Origin: the human T2T-CHM13v2.0 reference genome, Homo sapiens
Strand: one strand, 5' to 3'
Length of the DNA: 64,000 bases
NCBI RefSeq assembly: GCF_009914755.1
Contig: NC_060943.1
In this document: positions 1 through 11,448 of the stretch, piece by piece
Position numbering within the stretch: position 1 is the first letter of the stretch
How the letters are laid out: the number at the start of each line of letters is the position of its first letter
Notes under the pieces: generated by a model
Told to the model about the DNA's origin: nothing
Seen by the model: the letters and a program-made list of their open reading frames with translations, nothing else
The model's database searches: none
Made by a program: the position numbers and the translations under genes

Positions 1-59
1 CAGTTAGGAAACACTCTGTTTGTAAAGTCTGCAAGTGGATATTCGGACCTCTTTGAGGC

Positions 60-76
60 CTTCGTTGGAAACGGGA
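60..76 (+). promoter_or_regulatory. CENP-B box (representative; recurs about every 340 bp to ~8900 and irregularly to 47821)
   Basis: CTTCGTTGGAAACGGGA is an exact match to the 17-bp CENP-B box. Confidence 0.95.
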
Positions 77-3000
77 TTTCTTCATATTATGCTGGACAGA
101 AGAATTCTCAGTAACTTCTTTGTGTCGTGTGTATGCAACTCACAGAGTTCAACCTTCCTTTAGACAGAGCAGATTTGAAACACTCTTTTTATGGAATTTG
201 CAAGTGGAGATTTCAAGTGCTTTGAGGCCAAAGGTAGAAAAGGAAATATGTTCGTATAAAAAGTAGACAGAACCATTCTCAGAAACTGCTCTTTGATGTG
301 TGCGTTCAACTCACAGAGTTTACCTTTTCTTTTCATTCAGCAGTTTGGAAACACTCTGTTTGTAATGTCTGCACGTGGATATACTGACCTCTTTGAGGCC
401 TTCGTTGGAAACGGGTTTTTTTGATGTAAGGCTTGACAGAAGAATTGCCAGTAACTTCCTTGTGTTGTGTGCATTCAACTCACAGAGTTGAATGATCCTT
501 TACACAGAACAGATTTGAAACACTCTTTTTGTGGAATTTCCAAGTGGAGATTTCAGCCGATTTGAAGTCAATCGTAGAAAAGGAGATATCTTCGTATAAA
601 AACAAGACAGAATGATTTTCAGAAACTGCTTTGTGATGTGTGCGTTCAACTCACAGAGTTTCAACTTTCTTTTCATAGAGCAGTTAGGAAACACTCTGTT
701 TGTAAAGTCTACAAGTGGATATTCAGACCTCTTTGAGGCCTTCGTTGGAAACGGGATTTCTTTATATTATGCTAGACAGAAGAATTCTCAGTAACTTCCT
801 TGTGTTGTGTGTATTCAACTCACAGAGTTGAACGGTTCTTTACACAGAGCAGATTTGAGACACTCTTTTTGTGGAATTTGTAAGTGGAGATTTCAGCCGC
901 TTTGAGGTCAGTGGTAGAAAAGGAAATATCTTCGTATAAAAACTAGACAGAATGATTCTCAGAAACTGCTTTGTGATGTGTGCGTTCAACTCACAGAGTT
1001 TAACCTTCCTTTTCATAGAGCAGTTAGGAAACACTCTGTTTGTAAAATCTGCAATTGGATATTCAGACCTCTTTGAGGCCTTCGTTGCAAACGGGATTTC
1101 TTTATGTTATGCTACACAGAAGAATTCTCAGTAACTTTCTTGTGTTGTGTGTATTCAACTCACAGAGTTGAACGATCCTTTAAACAGGGCAGATTTTAAA
1201 CACACTTTTTGTGGAATTTGCAAGTGGAGATTACAGACGCTTTGTGGTCAATGGTAGAAAAGGAAATACCTTCGTATAAAAACAAGACAGAAACTCCTTT
1301 GTGATGTGTGCGTTCAATTCACAGAGTTTAACCTTTCTTTTCATAGAGCAGTTAGGAAACACTCTGTTTGTAATGTCTGCAAGTGGATATTCGGACCTCT
1401 TTGAGGCCTTCGTTGGAAACGGGATTTCTTCATATTATGCTAGAAAGAAGAATTCTCAGTAACTTCTTTGTGTTGTGTGTATGCAACTCACAGAGTTCAA
1501 CCTTCCTTTAGACAGAGCACATCGGAAACACTCTTTCTGAGGGATTTGCAAGTGGAGATTTCAAGCGCTTTGATTCCAAAGGCACAAAAGGAAATATTTT
1601 CGCAAAAAACTAGACAGAATCATTCTCAGAACCGGTTCTGTGATGTGTGCGTTCAACTCACTGAGCTTAACTTGTCTTTTCATTCAGCAGTTTGGAAACA
1701 CTCTGTTTGTCAAGTCTGCAAGTGGATATTCGGACCTCTTTGAGGCCTTCGTTGGAAACGGGATTTCTTCATATTACACTAGACAGAAGAATTCTCAGTA
1801 ACTTCCTTTTGTTGTGTGTATTCAACTGACAGAGTTGAACCTTCCCTTAGACAGAGCAGATTTGAAACACTCTTTTTGTGGAGTTTGCAAGTGGAGATTT
1901 AAAGCGCTTTGAGGCCAAAGGCAGAAAAGGAAATATCTTCGTATAAAAACTAGACAGAATCATTCTCAGAAACTGCTGTGTGATGTGTGCTTTCAACTCA
2001 GAGAGTTTAACTTTTCTTTTCATTCAGCAGTTTGGAAACACTCTGTTTGTAAAGTCTGCAAGTGGATATATTGACCTCTTAGGGTCCTTCGTTGGAAACG
2101 GGTTTTTTTTCATGTAAGGCTAGACAGAAGAATTCCCAATAACTTCCTTGTGTTGTGTGCATTCAACTCACAGAGTTGAACGTTCTTTTAGACAGAGCAG
2201 ATCGGAAACAATCTTTTTGTGCAATTTGCAGGTGGAGATTTCAAGCGCTTTAAGGTCAATGGCAGAAAAAGATATATATCTTCATTTCAAAACTAGACAG
2301 AATCATTCCAAAAAGTGCATTGTGATGTGTGCGTTCAACTCACAGAGTTTAACCTTTGTTTTCATATAACCGATTGTAAACGCTCTGATTGTCAAGTCTG
2401 CAAGTGGATATTCCGACCTTTTTGTGGCCTTAGTTGGAAACGGGATTTCTTCATAAAATACTACACAGAAGAATTATCAGTAACTTGCTTGTCTTGTGTG
2501 CATTCAACTCACAGATTTGAAAGATCCTTTACACAGAGCAGATTTGAAACACTCTTTTTGTGGAATTTGTAAGTGGAGATTTCAGCCGCTTTGAGGTCAA
2601 TGGCAGAAAAGGAAATATCTTCGTATAAAAACTAGACAGAATGATTCTCAGAAACTGCGCTGTGATGTGTGCGTTCAACTCACAGAGTTTAACCTTTCTT
2701 TTCATAGAGCCGTTTGGAAACACTCTGTTTGTCAAGGCTGCAAGTGGATATTCTCACCTCTTTGTGGCCTTCGTTGAAACGGGATTTCTTCATATAATGC
2801 TAGACAGAAGAATTCTCAGTAACTTCCTTCTGTTGTGTGTATTCAACTCACAGATTTGAAAGATCCTTTACACAGAGCAGATTTGAAACACTCTTTTTGT
2901 GGAATTTGCAAGTGCAGATTTCAAGCGCTTGGAGGCCAATTGTAGAAAAGGAAATATCTTCGTATAAAAACAAGACAAAATCATTCCCAGAAACTGCGTA

Positions 3001-3120
3001 GTGAGGTGTGTGTTTAACTCACAGAGTTTAACCTTTCGTTTCATACAGCATTTTGGAAACACTCTGTTTGTAAAGTCTGCAAGTGGATATTTGGATCTCT
3101 TAGATGCCTTCGTTGGAAAC

Positions 3121-3800
3121 GGGATTTCTTCATATAATGCTACAGGGAAGAATTCTTAGTAACTTCTTTGTGTTGTGTGTATTCAACTGTCAGATTTGAA
3201 CCTTCATTTAGACAGAGCAGATTTGAAACACTCTTTTTGTGGAATTTGCAAATGCAGATTTCAAGCCCTTTGAGGCCAAACGCAGAAAAGCAAATATCTT
3301 CGTATAAAAACTAGACTGAATCATTCTCAGAAACTGCTCTGTGCTGTGTGCGTTCAACTCACAGAGTTTAAGTTTTCTTTTCATTCAGCAGTTTGGAAAC
3401 GCTCTGTTTGTAACGTCTGCAAGTGGATATTTTGACCTCTTTGAGGCCTTCGTTGGAAACGGGATTTCTTCATATAATGCTAGAGGGAAGAATTCTTAGT
3501 AACTTCTTCGTGTTGTGTGTATTCAACTGTCAGAGTTGAACCATCATTTAGACAGAGCAGATTTCAAACACTCTTTTTGTGGAATTTGCAAATGCAGATT
3601 TCAAGTCCTTTGAGGCCAAACGCAGAAAAGGAAATATCTTCGTATAAAAACTAGGCAGAATCATTCTCAGAGACTGCTCTGTGCTGTGTGCGTTCAACTC
3701 ACAGTGTTTAAGTTTTCTTTTCATTCAGCAGTTTGGAAATGCTCTGTTTGTAACGTCTGCAAGTGGATATTTTGACCTCTTTGAGGCCTTCATTGGAAAC
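3121..3800 (+). repeat. Tandem duplication of one 340-bp dimer
   Basis: 3121-3460 and 3461-3800 share private variants: CAACTGTCAG, CATTTAG, AAATGCAG, CCAAACGCAG, GTGCTGTG, TTAAGTTTT, GTAACGTC. Confidence 0.85.
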
Positions 3801-6800
3801 GGATTTTTTTCAGGTAAGGCTATACAGAAGAATTCTTATTAACTTCCTTGTGTTGTGTGTATTCAACTCTCAGAATTGAATTTTCTTCTAGACACAGCAG
3901 ATTTAAAACACTCTTTTTGTGCAATTTGCAAGTGGAGATTTCAAGCGCTTTGATTCCAATAGTAGAAAAGGGAATATCTTCGCATAAAAACTAGACAAAA
4001 TCATTCCCAGAAACTGCATAGTGATGTGTGTGTTTAACTCACAGAGTTTAACCTTTCTTTTCATACAGCATTTTGGAAACACTCTGTTTGTAAATTCTGC
4101 AAGTGGATATTTGGACCTCTTTGAGGCCTTCGTTCGAAACGGGATTTCTTCATATACTGCTAAACAAAACAATTCTAAGTCACTTCTTTGTGTTGTGTGT
4201 ATTCAACTGACAGAGTTAAACCTTCCTTTAGACAGAGCAGATTTGAAACCCTCCTTCTGTGGAATTTGCAAGTGGCGATTTCAAGCGCTTTAAGGTCAAT
4301 GGCAGAAAAGGAAACATCTTCGTTTAAAAACTAGACAAAATCATTCCCAGAAACTGCGTTGTGATGTGTGCGTTCAACTCAAAAAGTTTAACCTTTCTTT
4401 TCATAGAGCCGTTTGGAAACACTCTGTTTTTGAAGTCTGCATGTGGATATTCGGACCTCTTTGAGGCCTTCGTTAGAAACGGGATTTCTTTATATTATGC
4501 TAGACAAAAGAATTCTCACTAACTTCTTTGTGTTGTGTGTGTGCAACTCACAGAGTTCAACCTTCTTTTAGACAGAGCAGATTTGAAATACTCTTTTTTT
4601 GGAATTGGCAACTGGAAGTTTCAAGCGCTTAGAGGCCAATGGTAGAAAAGGAAATATCTTCGTATAAAAACAAGACAAAATCATTCTCAGAAACTCCGTA
4701 GTGATGTGGGTGTTTTACTCACAGAGTTTAACCTTTCTTTTCATACAGCTTTTTGGAAACACTCTGTTTGTAAAGTCTGGAAGTGGATATTTGGACCACT
4801 TGTATGCCTCCTTTGGAAACGGGATTTCTTCATATAATGCTGGAGAGAAGAATTCTTAGTAACTTCTTCGTGTTGTGTGTATTCAACTGACAGATTTGAA
4901 CCTTCCTTTAGACAGAGGAGATTTAAAACACTCTTTTTGTGGAATTTGCAAGTAGAGATTTCAAGCGCTTTGAGGCCAATGGCAGAAAAGGAAATATCTT
5001 CGTATAAAAACTAGACAGAATCATTTTCAGAAACTGCTCTGTGATGTGTGTGTTCAACTCAGAGAGTTTAACTTTTCTTTTCATTCCGCAGTTTGGAAAC
5101 ACTCTGTTTGTAAAGTCTGCAAGTGGATATTTTGACCTCTTTGAGGCCTTCGTTGGAAACGGGTTTTTTTCTTGTAAGGCTAGACAGAAGAATTCTCAGT
5201 AACTTCCTTGTGTTGTGTGTATTCAACTCACGGAGTTGAACGTTCCTTTAGAGAGAGCAGACTTGAAACTCTCTTTTTGTGGAATTTGCAAGTGGAGATT
5301 TCAAGAGCTTTGTTGCCAATGGTAGAAAAGGAAATATCTTCGCATAAAAACTAGACAAAATCATTCCCAGAAACTGCGTAGTGATGTGTGTGTTTATCTC
5401 CCAGAGTTTAACCTTTCTTTTCATACCGCATTCTGGAAACACTCTGTTTGTAAAGTCTGCAAGTGGATATTTGGACCTCTTAGATGCCTTCGTTGGAAAT
5501 GGGATTTCTTCATATAATGCTAGACAGAAGATTTCTCAGTAAGTTCTTCATGTTGTGTGTATTCAACTCTCAGATTTGAACGTTCCTTTAGACACAGCAG
5601 ATTTGAAACACTCTATTTGTGGAATTTGCAAGTGGAGATTTCAAGCGCTTTGAGGCCAACGGTAAAAAAGGTAATAAATTCGTTTAAAAACTACACAGAA
5701 TCATTCGCAGAAACTGCGTTGTGCTGTGTGCGTTCAATTCACAGAGTTTAACCTTTCTTTTCATTCAACAGTTTGGAAACACTCTGTTTGAAAAGTCTTC
5801 AAGTGGATATTTGGACCTCCTTGAGGCGTTCGTTGGAAACGGGATTTCTTCATATAGGGTTAGACAGAAGAATTCTCTGTAATTTCCTTTTGTTGTGTGT
5901 ATTCAACTCACAGAGGTGAACGTTCCTTTAGACAGACAGATTTGAAACACTCTTTTTGTGGAATTTGCAAGTGGAGATTTCAGCCGCTGTGAGGTCAATG
6001 GTAGAAAACGAAATGTCTTCATATAAAAACTATACAGAATGATTCTCAGAAACTTCTTTGTCATGTGTGAGTTGAACTCACAGAGTTTAACCTTTCTTTT
6101 CATTCAGCAGTTTGGAAACACTCTGTTTATAAAGTCTGTAAGTGGATATTTTGACCTCTTTGAGGCCTTCGTTTTAAACGGGTTTTTTTCATGTAAGGCT
6201 AGACAGAAGAATTCTCAGTAACTTCCTTGTGTTGTGTGTATTCAACTCACAGATTTGAACGTTCCTTTAGACAGAGGAGATTTGAAACACTCTCATTGCG
6301 GAATTTGCAAGTGGGATTTCAAGCGCTTTGAGGCCAACGGTAGAAAAGGAAATATCTTCGTTTCAAAACTAGACAGAATCATTCCCACAAACTGCGTTGT
6401 GATGTGTGCGTTCACCTCACGGACCTTAACCTTTCTTTTCATAGAGCAGTTTGGAAACACTCTGTTTGTAAACTCTGCAAGTGGATATTTGGACCTATTA
6501 GACGCCTTCGTTGGTAACGTGATTTCTTCATATAATGCTAAACAGAAGAATTGTCAGTAACCTCCTTTTGTTTTGTGGATTCAACCCACAGAGATGAACA
6601 TTCCTTTAGACAGAGCAGATTTCAAACACACTTTTTGTGGAATTTGCAAGTGGAGATTTCAAGCGCTTTGAGGCCAATTGTAGAAAAGGAAATATCTTCG
6701 TATAAAAGCTAGACAGAATGATTCCCAGAAACTGCGTTGTGATGTGTGCGTTCAAGTCACAGAGTTTAACTTTTCTTTTCATTGAGCAGTTTGGAAACAC

Positions 6801-9800
6801 TCTGTTTGTAAAGTCTGCAAGTGGATATTTGGATCTAGTAGAGGCCTTCGTTGGAAACGTATTTTGTTCATGTAACGCTAGACAGAAGAATTCTCAGTAA
6901 CTTCCTTGTGTTGTGTGTATTCAACTCGCAGAGTTGAACGGTCCTTTAGACAGAGCAGATTTCAGACACTCATTTTGTGGAATTTGCAAGTGGAGATTTC
7001 AAGCGCTTTAAGCTCAATGGCAGTAAAAGGAATATCTTCGTTGAAAAAATAGACAGAATCATTCCCACAAAGTGCGTTGTTATGTGAGCGTTCAACTCAC
7101 AGAGTTTAACTATTCTTTTCATAGAGCAGTTAGGAAACACTCTGTTTGTAAAGTCTGCAAGTGGATATTTTGACCTCTTTGAGGCCTTCGTTGGAAACGG
7201 GTTTTTTTCATGTAAGGCTAGACAGAAGAATTCTTAGTAACTTCCTTGTGTTGTGTGTGTTCAACTCACAGAGTTGAACGTTTCTTTAGACAGAGCAGAT
7301 TTGAAACACTGTTTTTGTGGAATTTGCAAGTGGAGATTTCAAGCGATTTAAGGTCAATGGCAGAAAAGGAAATATCTTCGTTTCAAAACTAGACAGAATC
7401 ATTCCCGGAAACTGCGTAGTGATGTGTGTGTTTAACTCACAGAGTTTAACCTTTCTTTTCATTCTGCAGTTTGGTAACACTCTGTTTGAAAAATCTGCAA
7501 GTGGATATTTTGACCTCCTTGAGGCGTTCGTTGGAAACGGGATTTCTTCATATAAGGCACGACAGAAGAATTCTCAGTAACTTCCTTGTGTTGTGTGTAT
7601 TCAACTCACAGAGTTGAACGTTCCTTTAGACAGAGCAGATTTGAAACACGCTTTTTGTGGAATTTGCAAGTGGAGATTTCAAGCGATTTAAGGTCAATGG
7701 CAGAAAAGGGAATATCTTCGTTTAAAAACTAGACAGGATCATTCCCACAAACTGCGTTATGATGTGTGCGTTGAACTCACTTTGTTTAACCTTTCTTTTC
7801 ATAGAGCCATTTGGAAACACTCTGTTTGTCAAGTCTGCATGTGGATATTCGGTCCTCTTTTTGGCCCTCGCTGGAAACGGGATTTCCTCATATAATGCTA
7901 GACAGAAGAATTCTCAATAACTTCCTTGTGTTGTGTGTATTCATATCACAGTTTTGAACGTTCCTTTAGACAGAGCAGATTTGAAACACTCTTTTTGTGG
8001 AATTTGCAAGTGGAGAATTCAGCCGCTTTGAAGACAATGTTAGAAAAGGAAATATCTTCGTAGAAAAACTAGACAGAATGATTATCAGAATCTGCTTGGT
8101 GATGTGTGCGTTCAACTCACAGACTTTAATCTTTCTTTTCATAGAGCAGTTAGGCAACACTCTGTTTGTAAAGTCTGCAAGTGGATATTCGGACCTCTTT
8201 GAGGCCTTCGTTGGAAACGGGATTTCTTCATATAGTGGTAGACGAAAGAATTCTTAGTACCTTCTTTGTGTTGTGTTTATGCAACTCACCGAGTTGAACC
8301 TTCCTTTATACAGAGCAGATTTGAAACACTCTTTTTGTGGAATTTGTAAGTGGAGATTTCAAGCGATTTGAGGCCAATGGTAGAAAAGGAAATATCTTCA
8401 TATAAAACTAGAAAGAATCATTCCCCAAAACTGCATGGTGGTGTGTGCGTCAACTCACAGTTTTACGTTTGTTTTCATAGAGCAGTTGGGAAACACTCTG
8501 TTTGTAAAGTCTTCAAGTGGATATTTTTACCTCCTTGAGACCTTCGTTGGAAACGGGATTTCTTTATATAATGCTAGACAGAGGAATTCTCAGTGACTTC
8601 CTTTTGGTGTGTGCATTCAACTCACAGAGTTGAACCTTCCTTTAGACAGAGCAGATTTGAGACACTCTTTTTGTGGAATCTGCAAGTGGAAATTTCAAGA
8701 GCTTGGAGGCCAGTGTTAGAAAAGGAAATATCTTCGTATAAAAACTAGACAGAATCATTCCCAGAAACTGCGTTGTGATGTGTGCATTTAACTCACAGAG
8801 TTTAACCTTTCTTTTCATTCAGCAGTTTGGAAACACTCTGTTTGAAAATTCTGCAAGTGGATATTTGGACCTCCTTGAGGCGTTCGTTGGAAACGGGATT
8901 TCTTCATATAAGGCTAGACAGAAGAATTCTCAGTAACTTCCTTGTGTTGTGTGTATTCAACTCACAGAGTTGAACCCTCCTTTAGACAGAGCAGATTTGA
9001 TACACTCTTTTTGTGGAATTTGGAAGTGGAGCTTTCAGCCGCTTTGAGGCCAACTGTAGAAAAGGAAATATGTTCGTATAAAAGCTAGACAGAATCACTC
9101 CCAGAAACTTCGTTGTGATGTGTGTGTTCACCTCACATAGTTTAACCTTTCTTTTCATTGAGCAGTTTGGAAACACTTTGTTTGTAAAGTCTGCAAGTGG
9201 ATATTTGGACCTAGTAGAGCCCTTCTTTGGAAACAAGATTTCTTCATATAATGCTAGAGAGAAGAATTCTCAGTAACTTCATTTTGTTGTGTGTATTCAA
9301 CTCACAGTGGTGAACTTTCCTTTAGACAGAGCAGAGTTGAATCTTCCTTTTGATAGAGCTGTTTTTACTCTTTTTATTGAATATGCAAGTGGATATTTGG
9401 AGTGCTTTGGAGCCTTCGTTTTAAAAGGTAATATATTCACATAAAAACTAGACAGAAGCATTCTCAGAAGCTTCTTTTTGATATGTGCACTCAACTCACA
9501 GAGTTGAACCTGCCTTTTGATAGAGCAGTTTTGAAACGCTCTTTTGTTGTATCTGGAAGTGGATATTTGGAGTGCTTTGAAGCCTTCATTGGAAACGGGA
9601 ATATATTCTCATTAAAACTAGACAGAAGCATTCTCAGAAACTTCCTTGTGATGTGTGCGTTCAACTCACAGAGTTGAACCTTTGCTTTGGTGTAGAAGTT
9701 TTGAAACACTCTTTTTGTAGAATCTGCAGTTGGATATTTGTAGCTCTTTGAAGCCTATGGTAGAAAAGGAAATATCTACACATAAAAACTAGACAGAAGC

Positions 9801-10440
9801 ATTCTCAGAAACTTCTTTGTGATGTGTGCTTACAAATCCCAGAATTTAAACTTTTTTTTTGACAGAGCAGTTTTGAAACACTCTTCTTGTAGTATTTGCA
9901 AGTGGATAATTGGATTACCTTGAAGCCTTGGTGGAAATGGAAATATTTTCCAATAAAATCTAGACAGAAGCATTGTCAAAAACTCCTTTGTGACGTGTAC
10001 ATTCAACTCACAGAATTTTACATATCTCTTAACAGAGCAGTTTTGAAACCCACTTTTTGTAGAATCTGCAAGTGGATATTTGGAGCAATTTGTGGGTATG
10101 GTGGAAAAGGAAATACCTTCACATAATAACTAGACAGAAGCTTTCAGAAACTTCTTTGTGATATGTGCATTCAATTCACAGAGTTGAACCTTTCCTTTGA
10201 TAGAGCAGTTTTGAAACACTCTTTTTGATGAATCTGTAATTGGATATTTGGAGTGCATTGTGGCCTATGGTAGAAAAGGAAATATCTTCACATAAAAACT
10301 AGACAGAAAAATTCTCAAAAACCTCTTTCTGATGTTTGCATTCAACTCACAGAGTTAAAAATTTCTTTTGATAGAGCAGTTTTGAAACACTCTTTTTGCA
10401 GAATCTGCAAGTGGATATTTGGACAGCTTTGAGGCCTTTG

Positions 10441-11448
10441 TTTTATTTTTATTTTTATTTTTTTAAATGAAAAATATTTATTTATTATAAACCTATTTTG
10501 TTTGTTTGTTTTTTATTATACTTTAAGTTTTAGGGTACATGTGCACATTGTGCAGGTTAGTTACATATGTATACATGTGCCATGCTGGTGCACTGCACCC
10601 ACTAACTAGTTATCTAGCATTAGGTATGTCTCCCAATGCTATCCCTCTCCCCTCCCCCAACCCCACCACAGTCCCCAGAGTGTGATATTCCCCTTCCTAT
10701 GTCCATGTGATCTCATTGTTCAATTCCCACCTATGAGTGAGAATATGCAGTGTTTGATTTTTTTGTTCTTGCTATAGTTTACTGAGAATGATGATTTCCA
10801 ATTTCATCCATGTCCCTACAAAGGACATGAACTCATCATTTTTTATGGCTGCATAGTATTCCATGGTGTATATGTGCCACATTTTCTTCATCCAGTCTAT
10901 AATTGTTGGACATTTGGGTTGGTTCCAAGTCTTTGCTATTGTGAATAATGCCGCAATAAACATACGTGTGCATGTGTCTTTATAGCAGCATGATTTATAG
11001 TCATTTGGGTATATACCCAGTAATGGGATGGCTGGGTCAAATGGTATTTCTAGTTCTAGATCCCTGAGGAATCGCCACACTGACTTCCACAATGGTTGAA
11101 CTAGTTTACAGTCCCACCAACAGTGTAAAAGTGTTCCTATTTCTCCACATCCTCTCCAGCACCTGTTGTTTCCTGACTTTTTAATGATTGCCATTCTAAC
11201 TGGTGTGAGATGGTATCTTATTGTGGTTTTGATTTGCATTTCTCTGTTGGCCAGTGATGATGAGCATTTTTTCATGTGTTTTTTGGATGCATAAATGTCT
11301 TCTTTTGAGAAGTGTCTTTTCATGTCCTTCACCCACTTTTTGATGGGGTTGTTTGTTTTTTTCTTGTACATTTGTCTGAGTTCATTGTAGATTCTGTATA
11401 TTAGCCCTTTGTCAGATGAGTAGGTTGCGAAAATTTTCTCCCATTTTG
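10441..11448 (-). mobile_element. L1 #1: 5'-truncated LINE-1 (L1PA2-like), ORF2 C-terminus plus 3' UTR, double A-tail, no TSD
   Basis: ORF 10772-11371 matches the ORF2p C-terminus ([19 protein letters not shown]). The 3' UTR has PA2-type GAGATCACATGG, GAATATCAC and GTGGTGGGG. T-rich tail at 10441-10514. Confidence 0.95.

Larger units (their letters stand above)
1..9335 (+). repeat. Alpha satellite, diverged SF1-type (J1/J2-like) 340-bp dimer array (divergent HOR-like)
   Basis: 340-bp periodicity; an EcoRI-type GAATTC in most dimers; a CENP-B box (CTTCGTTGGAAACGGGA or variant) alternating with an A-box monomer (GGTAGAAAAGGAA); SF1 signatures CAGTAACTTCCTTGTGTTG, GTGGAGATTTCA and GGAAACACTCTGTTTGTAAAGTC. 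Copies are visibly diverged from each other. Confidence 0.93.
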
